Below, one piece after another: positions 57,495 through 64,000 of a DNA stretch of 64,000 bases. The stretch lies in NCBI GenBank assembly GCA_051252375.1, contig JBPOFY010000002.1, forward strand, positions 288,001 through 352,000. Reading direction: 5' to 3'. The translations under genes were made by a program, and so were the position numbers. The notes under the pieces are model-generated. The model was not told the origin of the DNA and searched no databases. It saw only the letters and a list, made by a program, of their open reading frames with translations. Within the stretch, counting starts at the first letter, position 1. Each line of letters starts with the position of its first letter. The stretch comes from Opitutaceae bacterium. Lineage in GTDB: Bacteria > Verrucomicrobiota > Verrucomicrobiia > Opitutales > Coraliomargaritaceae.

Positions 57495-58901
57495 TTATTG
57501 CCCAATCAATTGCTTCATCTCTGCGACTCGTTCTGGCTGCGCATCAGAAAGATTTACAGCGTCTTTTTCCGGCGAAGTATGGTCGTAGAGCTCTGGGCTT
57601 TTATTTTCATGCAGGATCAGACGATGGCTGTCAGTGCGCACCGAAACAGACGAGCCGTAATGCGAAATAGCAGGATGCCCCTCAGCCGCGGGGTCTTCTA
57701 GAATCGGCAACAAAGAGCGCCCCGCCACAAAGGACGGCATTTCCAGACCCGACAACTCACAGAGCGTGGGAAATAAATCGACTGTCGAAACGATAGAATC
57801 TGTAGCTTCTCCTTCGGCGTGCATACCCGGATAGCGAATAATCAATGGAGACTGTAAAGCTTCTTCCAAGAGGCAGTGCTTACCCCATATCCCATGCTCT
57901 CCGAGGTGCCAACCGTGGTCGCCCCATAGAATGACGATGGTATCGTGCTCGGCCCCAGTGGCCTTCAACTTTGCCAAAATGTCGCCGACGTGCTTATCCA
58001 CATAGCTGACGCATGCTGCGTAATGACGGCGCACTTCAGTCGCAAACTCTGCATCCTTGTTCGGATCCTTGCCCCATCGCTCGTAGCCCATGAACTCTCC
58101 GGACTTATGCCAGCTGCCATTTTCTAGTCTTTCCGGATCTTCGATTGGTGGAAGCGTCACACCTTCGTAGAGATCTAAATACTTCTTAGGGGCTCCAAAG
58201 GGCAAGTGCGGCTTGATCAAGCCGATCGCAAGAAAGAAGGGTTCGTCTTTGGACGCCAGTGCTTCCAACTGCACCAAGCCCTCTTCGAGGATGCGACCGT
58301 CAGGATAAATACTGTCGGATCCTTCGACCGCTTCATAAACGAAGTTCTCACCATTTCCTCGGATGCGTTGTTTCCCGTTAGCATATCCGTGCATAGAGCC
58401 ACGCGGGTGCTCCCACTCGTCGGATGGCATGAGATGTAGATCCCAGGCGTTTGGTAATTCCGGTGCATTTTCGCTATCCCAATTCTTGCCGCCTCGCCCG
58501 CCAGGATGATGCGAGACTTTGCCGACCGATACCGTCGTATAGCCATGATTACGGAACCACTCAGGCATACTTGGTGGGATACCTGGCTTGCCCGCTTCCA
58601 AACGTCGCGCCCGCTCAAATATGTGCTCATTTCCCTGAATTTGTAGCGGATAAAGCCCCGTCAACATACTGTAACGCGAAGGACCGCAACTCGGTGCCGC
58701 CACATAGTGCCGCGTGAATGCGCGCCCTGAAGCTGCCAACTTGTCGATGTTCGGCGAGTGCACATAACTCGCGCCAAAGCTATTGATTTCGTTACGCAAG
58801 TCATCCACGCAGATCATCAATATATTTGGCGGTCGATCTTTGGCATGAACCAACGCTGCAAAACAAAAAACCGCAATGGGGAGGCTCCATCTAATCTTCA
58901 T
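57495..58901 (-). CDS. Cys-type sulfatase (iduronate-2-sulfatase-like)
   Basis: [34 protein letters not shown]. Confidence 0.93.
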   Translation of the reverse strand: MKIRWSLPIAVFCFAALVHAKDRPPNILMICVDDLRNEINSFGASYVHSPNIDKLAASGRAFTRHYVAAPSCGPSRYSMLTGLYPLQIQGNEHIFERARRLEAGKPGIPPSMPEWFRNHGYTTVSVGKVSHHPGGRGGKNWDSENAPELPNAWDLHLMPSDEWEHPRGSMHGYANGKQRIRGNGENFVYEAVEGSDSIYPDGRILEEGLVQLEALASKDEPFFLAIGLIKPHLPFGAPKKYLDLYEGVTLPPIEDPERLENGSWHKSGEFMGYERWGKDPNKDAEFATEVRRHYAACVSYVDKHVGDILAKLKATGAEHDTIVILWGDHGWHLGEHGIWGKHCLLEEALQSPLIIRYPGMHAEGEATDSIVSTVDLFPTLCELSGLEMPSFVAGRSLLPILEDPAAEGHPAISHYGSSVSVRTDSHRLILHENKSPELYDHTSPEKDAVNLSDAQPERVAEMKQLIGQ

Positions 58902-58970
58902 ACGAAATACTACAAATTAAACAAGCAACGGCACAAGATAGTTCGTAGTTGGAAACCTAAGATTGTATTC

Positions 58971-59942
58971 CTATTCCGATCCAGGGTCACGAGACATGAG
59001 GTCCTTCAGCGCTTGCCGAGGATCTTTACCGTCTTCGACGACTTTACAGACCTCTTCGGTGATCGGCATTTCAATGCCATGCTCGGCGGCGAGATCACGG
59101 GCGGCTTTGGCGTTCCAAATACCCTCAGCGACTTGCTTCATACCGCTCATAATTTGCTCTAAGCTCTCGCCCTTGCCCAGACGCTCACCAACGGATCGAT
59201 TGCGGCTGTGACGACTCGCGCAGGTGACGATCAAGTCGCCGATACCGCTCAACCCGGAGAAAGTTTCTGGCTTGGCTCCGAGGCAGACGCCTAGGCGTGA
59301 AATTTCTGCTAGTCCGCGAGTCATCAATGCGGCCTTAGTGTTGTCGCCCAACCCCATGCCGTCGAGAATACCAGCCGCCACAGCGATCACGTTCTTAAAC
59401 GTGCCACCAATTTCGACGCCAAGCGGATCGTCGGAGGTATAAACGCGAAAACTCTTACCAAGAAAAGCCTGCTGCATCTGTTCCGCCCGTTCGCCCGCGA
59501 TCGTCACTGCAGTGGGAACACCGCGCGCAACTTCCTCGGCATGGGAGGGTCCAGAAAGGATGGCGATATTTTTACCGAGCACATCGAATGCGACTTCACT
59601 CATCCGTTGGTGCGTGGTCTCGTCGAGTCCTTTGGTCGCACTCACGATGAGCACGTCTTCCGACAGATGCGGTTTAAAAGCTTCCAGTGATGAGCGGTAG
59701 AAACGCGACGGAGTCACGACGACTACGAGATCAGCATCGCTCACGGCGGCAGGGTCGGAAGTCCATGCAATCTCACTCGGGATTTTAACTCCGGGCAGAT
59801 ATGCACTGTTCTCTCCAGTCTCACGTATCGCGCTGAGTTCTTCTTCAAAAGGTCCCCAGATCGTAACCTGATTACCATTACCCGCGAGCACCATGCCGAG
59901 CGCAGTGCCCCAGCCTCCATTTCCGATTACAAATGCTTTCAT
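58971..59942 (-). CDS. gpsA: NAD(P)H-dependent glycerol-3-phosphate dehydrogenase
   Basis: GNGGWGTAL, ATKGL, LSGPSHAEEV, KNVIA, GDNTKAALMTRG, GDLIVTC...SRN. Confidence 0.97.
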   Translation of the reverse strand: MKAFVIGNGGWGTALGMVLAGNGNQVTIWGPFEEELSAIRETGENSAYLPGVKIPSEIAWTSDPAAVSDADLVVVVTPSRFYRSSLEAFKPHLSEDVLIVSATKGLDETTHQRMSEVAFDVLGKNIAILSGPSHAEEVARGVPTAVTIAGERAEQMQQAFLGKSFRVYTSDDPLGVEIGGTFKNVIAVAAGILDGMGLGDNTKAALMTRGLAEISRLGVCLGAKPETFSGLSGIGDLIVTCASRHSRNRSVGERLGKGESLEQIMSGMKQVAEGIWNAKAARDLAAEHGIEMPITEEVCKVVEDGKDPRQALKDLMSRDPGSE

Positions 59943-60090
59943 AGCTGAGAGTATTCAAATCACATTCATGACCTCAAGTCCAATGACTCCACTGCGCATT
60001 GATTCATTTCTATATATGCCGTTCGTGTAGGCATGGCGCTCAGGGGGAGGTTTCTGTTGATTTCTGTTATTTGTAGAGTCAATCTGCCGA

Positions 60091-61557
60091 ATGCCTATGA
60101 AACTCTACCCCGCCCTAATACTACCTTTCCTAATCGCACTATGCGCTTGTTCCAAGCCAGCCGAAGAGAAAGAACCCACTTCAAGCGATGCTACGTCGAG
60201 CAGCCCTGAAGTGGCGTCCGCGAATCTTTATGAGCCCGTGCTCATCAAGGTAATTAGCGGAGAAGATGAAAATGCGGGCTATGATCAAGACCGCCAGGCC
60301 ATGGGCATGTTAAAGCGCAACATTGTCGAACTACAAAATGCGTCAAAAGAGGAAACTGATCCTGCGAAGCAAGCTGAGCTATTTAGTGAGATTGAGAAGG
60401 CGCAGGCTGAATACAGCGACAACGCGAAAAAAGTTAAAGAAGCTTACGGCATCACACTCGATGATGGAAACACCTACAACAACATCCCTCAGAAGGCCAA
60501 CGTGTATTTAGAAATGACCGCCGATGAGATCGCAAAACGTAAAGCTTCAGATCCCGAATTTGAAGTCGATGAGCGTGTTTTTGCACTGACAAAAGAACTT
60601 AGCAGTCCTGAGCAAATACAGGCATTCAAACAAGACGTGAATACTATGCGCACCATGCTAAATCAAGCCGCGCAGTTGCAGCAGCAAGTAGATGCCGAAC
60701 AAGATGAAGCCCGTAAGGCTGAATTATCCACGCTGATGGAAACGGTTAAAAGCCAGCTAACCGCCAACAACCAAACCATGTTCGACACATATGGCTTCTC
60801 CATTGATCGCAACGCACAGATAAGAAGCACTGAGTCCAATATTTACATGTATCCCAGATTGCCCGAGTTGAATGATGTAGCAGGCTTAGCACCCAACTTT
60901 GTAAAAGTAAGCACACTGGAGGATGCGGATGTAAATTTGGAGTTTTCGAATAACGTCCAAGTCATGGAGGGTATGCGGAGCGACCTCGCTAACTTACAGA
61001 ATGCCATCGTAACTGAACTAGACGCAGACAAAAAAGCTGAACTGGAGAAGCAATTCGAAGAGTTAGAAGCCAAAGGGACAGAAAACAATTCACTAATGAT
61101 TAAGACCTATGGATTTGATCTCAACCGGAACTACTCACGTATCATCAAGCAAGCTCGTTTATTCGTGCGCTTGACACCAGAGGAAGCGACCAAGATCAAA
61201 GCAGAGGATCCAAGCGCTGAAATCTCTAATGATGGTCTATACAAAGTCGTCACCATTAACACTGTAGAGGCGAATCAACAGTTTCAGCGTAATGTCCAAA
61301 TAATGCAGAATTTTCGCCAGCAAACCATGATCGCTTCTCAAACGATTGAACAAGAGGTCGATGAAACGAAAAAAGCGGAAGCGCAGCAACAACTAGATCA
61401 AGCACTAGAAAAGTTGAATGAAAACAACACTAAGATGGTCGAACTCTATGGTTACTCCCTAGAACGCGATTATGAGTATACAATCGATATCTCCGATCTT
61501 TACCTCGAGCTATCCCGCAAGGAAATCTCTGAGCTGGAGGCAGGAAAGAGCATCTAG
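60091..61557 (+). CDS. Lipoprotein with four tandem ~90-aa helical repeats
   Basis: Lipobox LCAC. Four units share E.D..K.AE...N...YG..L/I. Confidence 0.75.
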   Translation: MPMKLYPALILPFLIALCACSKPAEEKEPTSSDATSSSPEVASANLYEPVLIKVISGEDENAGYDQDRQAMGMLKRNIVELQNASKEETDPAKQAELFSEIEKAQAEYSDNAKKVKEAYGITLDDGNTYNNIPQKANVYLEMTADEIAKRKASDPEFEVDERVFALTKELSSPEQIQAFKQDVNTMRTMLNQAAQLQQQVDAEQDEARKAELSTLMETVKSQLTANNQTMFDTYGFSIDRNAQIRSTESNIYMYPRLPELNDVAGLAPNFVKVSTLEDADVNLEFSNNVQVMEGMRSDLANLQNAIVTELDADKKAELEKQFEELEAKGTENNSLMIKTYGFDLNRNYSRIIKQARLFVRLTPEEATKIKAEDPSAEISNDGLYKVVTINTVEANQQFQRNVQIMQNFRQQTMIASQTIEQEVDETKKAEAQQQLDQALEKLNENNTKMVELYGYSLERDYEYTIDISDLYLELSRKEISELEAGKSI

Positions 61558-61559
61558 TC

Positions 61560-63497
61560 TTAATCACCAGGAGTGAATACCATCTTAATGGTTCCACTCT
61601 TCAGCTTATCCTTAAAGTCGATGCCGATACGGAAGGCTTGATCCGCGTAGCGAATCGACTTAACGATCACTTCCTCGTCGACGATCTTGAACGCTCCACC
61701 CTCTACGGTGATCTGCACTTTAATCGTCCGACCCTCTCGCGACAGTAACACAGTGCTGGAATCAACGATCTCATAGGCACCATGCGTCATGATAGCAGTG
61801 CCGAATTCAATCGGCTCGGAAGCGGTAAAGGTATCGATGATGGTAATAGTGCCATTGCCAGACTTATCGTTTTCCATCGTCCGAATGAGCTTCTCGAGGC
61901 TAGGCACTTCATAGGCCTCCTTAATATCCACGACTGCCCGATCTTTAGTCTCACTAAATTCGGTTTCGATGACTTTGCCGTGAAACTCGCGACCGAATGA
62001 TTGAAGTTTGCCATCAACGCGAGGCACTGGATGCCCCCAAGAAGCGCGGACGGGGTGATTCTTAGAAAAGGACCCGGCTTCATAAGGAGGCGAGCCGAGA
62101 TCGCCGCACAAAATATGGTCATCGGCCAACACCATCACATAGCTGCCCACATCCATGTGGTTGTGGTTCTCCTCATTATGCCCCGCCTTGATCGCGATAG
62201 AAAACGGCACCTCTTGTCCGCCGCGTGAAATCACGATGCCGTAATCATCGTAGTAGGTGTGCGGAGGCAACTCGACAGCAGCTTGGTCAGTGGTCACATA
62301 CGAAACCGGATCCGCCCATTCCTGTAGCATCATGGTCATGCCTTCTGGTCGGCTGTAAGTCGGCTTGCGCGCCCCGTAATTCTTAGCCGAAAGAATGTAA
62401 GCGTAATTGTCGCTCCCCTCTTTAATTCTCGAAGCACCATCTGAAAAACAGGGATAAATGTCCTGCTGGATTTCAAAGTTAATCGGGAAGTTACCGACAC
62501 GGTGCATTTTTTCAGGATTGTCGAAGCGGAACAAGTCGATGGCGCCATCGCTGTAGTCATAGATCGTCTGAGCAAGATAGAGGTAGTTGCCGAAACCATA
62601 GTTCCAATAGCCAATACCCTCGGAGCAATAACCATCATCGCCGAAGCCACTCAGGTAAAACTTCATACTGTTGATGGCAGAGCCTAAGACTGCCAAACGC
62701 ACCTCTGGATCTTCGGCTGCAGTCAAAGTGGAAAATACGGTGCCGCCCGTGCAGACGGAATTCCAGTTACTGGTGCCCCATATCCAAGAATTGCCCTTTT
62801 TGTCCTCACCACGACAGCTCTTGAGGTAGGACTCGATGATCCGCCAATCAATCTGATCACTGATCTTCGCATGCATCTCCTCAGTGAGTCGGTCCTCCAG
62901 CAGGACAGACGCGAGCATGATAACCGAACCGAACTTGCGTGCGCCTAAATCAATCGCCACACGTTTGCCTTCAAGCACGGCATTTTGAGGATCATGATTA
63001 GGGTGCAGCCATGACTTCATCGCCATGATCGCCTCCAAATGCTCATTGATCTGAGCGATGTAGCGGCCCTGGTTCTCGATACACTCCGCAATCACGGCCT
63101 TTTCCAGCACCTCCATCGTGCGGTAGTAGCGCGGCTTGTAAATGCCACGATTGCCCTCCTTATTGGCGCGGCGGTAAATTTCGTCCGAGATCGGTATTTC
63201 GGGCTTTTTGTCCAAGCTGGCCAAAGCTACCTCAGCGATTTCCTGAGCCGATGCTTTCTCAGCAATCTTAATCCAAAATGCACGGTCGCTAATCGGCGGG
63301 GCCGGCTGATACGTCGCCTCCGGCATAAACGCCCTCAGCATTTCCAACTGCTCCGCCGATGGATAAATCATCCCCTCGTCCGCCTTACTCAGATATTCGC
63401 TAATTTCCAGCGACTGCGAGTTCTTCGCGGACATACATGATGCTGTCAGCAGAGTAATTCCGGCCAATGCCGCTTTGATCAAGATACCTATCTTCAT
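61560..63497 (-). CDS. Heparinase II/III-family polysaccharide lyase-like lipoprotein
   Basis: Lipobox-like TASC, SNWNSVC, DGYCSEGIGYWNYG, KAGHNEENHNHMDVGS. Confidence 0.82.
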   Translation of the reverse strand: MKIGILIKAALAGITLLTASCMSAKNSQSLEISEYLSKADEGMIYPSAEQLEMLRAFMPEATYQPAPPISDRAFWIKIAEKASAQEIAEVALASLDKKPEIPISDEIYRRANKEGNRGIYKPRYYRTMEVLEKAVIAECIENQGRYIAQINEHLEAIMAMKSWLHPNHDPQNAVLEGKRVAIDLGARKFGSVIMLASVLLEDRLTEEMHAKISDQIDWRIIESYLKSCRGEDKKGNSWIWGTSNWNSVCTGGTVFSTLTAAEDPEVRLAVLGSAINSMKFYLSGFGDDGYCSEGIGYWNYGFGNYLYLAQTIYDYSDGAIDLFRFDNPEKMHRVGNFPINFEIQQDIYPCFSDGASRIKEGSDNYAYILSAKNYGARKPTYSRPEGMTMMLQEWADPVSYVTTDQAAVELPPHTYYDDYGIVISRGGQEVPFSIAIKAGHNEENHNHMDVGSYVMVLADDHILCGDLGSPPYEAGSFSKNHPVRASWGHPVPRVDGKLQSFGREFHGKVIETEFSETKDRAVVDIKEAYEVPSLEKLIRTMENDKSGNGTITIIDTFTASEPIEFGTAIMTHGAYEIVDSSTVLLSREGRTIKVQITVEGGAFKIVDEEVIVKSIRYADQAFRIGIDFKDKLKSGTIKMVFTPGD

Positions 63498-63669
63498 ATA
63501 CTTTTTATTTAGGGGGATGGATTAGGGAAAAGTAATCATACAGACAGAAGCCATCTCAATAGCTTGGCAATCCAATCCTCAATGGATGCCCTCGAATACC
63601 ATCGCTTCAGTCAACAGATCAAAAAAACGGGCTAAAAGCGTGTATTCCCACGTAACTCCAACGGTCCAA

Positions 63670-64000
63670 CTATGGCAACACACGCACACGAATGTCTTTG
63701 AAGTAGATCGTGCTTTTCGGGTCGTGTCCTTGGATAGCAAAAGTGCCTCGACTGAGGTGGACGTGCGGGCGCTTTTCAGGCGTCACCGCTGGCGTGGGCT
63801 CGGTGTAGTCGTTCACGACTTTACCATCCACCAGAACGGTGATTTGTTTCCCCTGAACTCGTATCTCGTAGTCAAACCACTCCCCATCGGTTGAAGGAGC
63901 TTCATCGAGCACATCTTGGATCGCATAAATACTAGCGGTTTTGCGTCGGTCTTTGTGCGTGGAATTAATTTGCGCCTCCAAACCATAATCAGGCCAGCCG
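63670..64000 (-). CDS. DUF1080 domain protein (3' part; 5' end lies beyond the window)
   Basis: EAQIN, GEWFDYEIRV, GTFAIQGHDP...YFKDIRV. Confidence 0.85.
   Translation of the reverse strand, partial: GWPDYGLEAQINSTHKDRRKTASIYAIQDVLDEAPSTDGEWFDYEIRVQGKQITVLVDGKVVNDYTEPTPAVTPEKRPHVHLSRGTFAIQGHDPKSTIYFKDIRVRVLP

Overview
Bacterial chromosomal window. The gene content (many Cys-type sulfatases, GH29/GH95 fucosidases, a PEP-CTERM-like protein, DUF1080 proteins) points to a marine Verrucomicrobiota/Opitutales-like polysaccharide degrader; this assignment is inference. Layout: (1) purH and purF (both minus strand) are split by a plus-strand sulfur-handling cluster: rhodanese-DUF2892, ArsR, SQR, TusE/DsrC, DsrE2, FadL-type outer-membrane channel and two thioredoxin-fold proteins. 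(2) Housekeeping genes and tRNA-Leu(CAA). (3) A ~20 kb minus-strand fucoidan-type locus: GH29, GH95, four sulfatases, three serine hydrolases, an unassigned beta-propeller GH and a discoidin-domain two-component system. (4) tex, followed by a ~6.7 kb hypervariable region. It holds a dense mosaic of nested palindromic repeats, a second copy of the tex 3' end, two copies of an attI-like module and integron gene cassettes with three intact attC sites and one truncated attC. There is no integrase in the window, and one cassette uses a non-canonical GAT core. (5) Further sulfatases, secreted proteins, fdhD-fdhF/ydeP, a DksA-like gene, gpsA, a four-repeat lipoprotein and a heparinase II/III protein. 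The strongest candidates for undescribed biology are the REP-embedded, integrase-less attI/cassette platform (38.1-44.85 kb) and the SQR-TusE-DsrE-FadL-thioredoxin sulfur cluster (3.7-9.5 kb). All calls come from reading sequence and motifs; no database searches were run.
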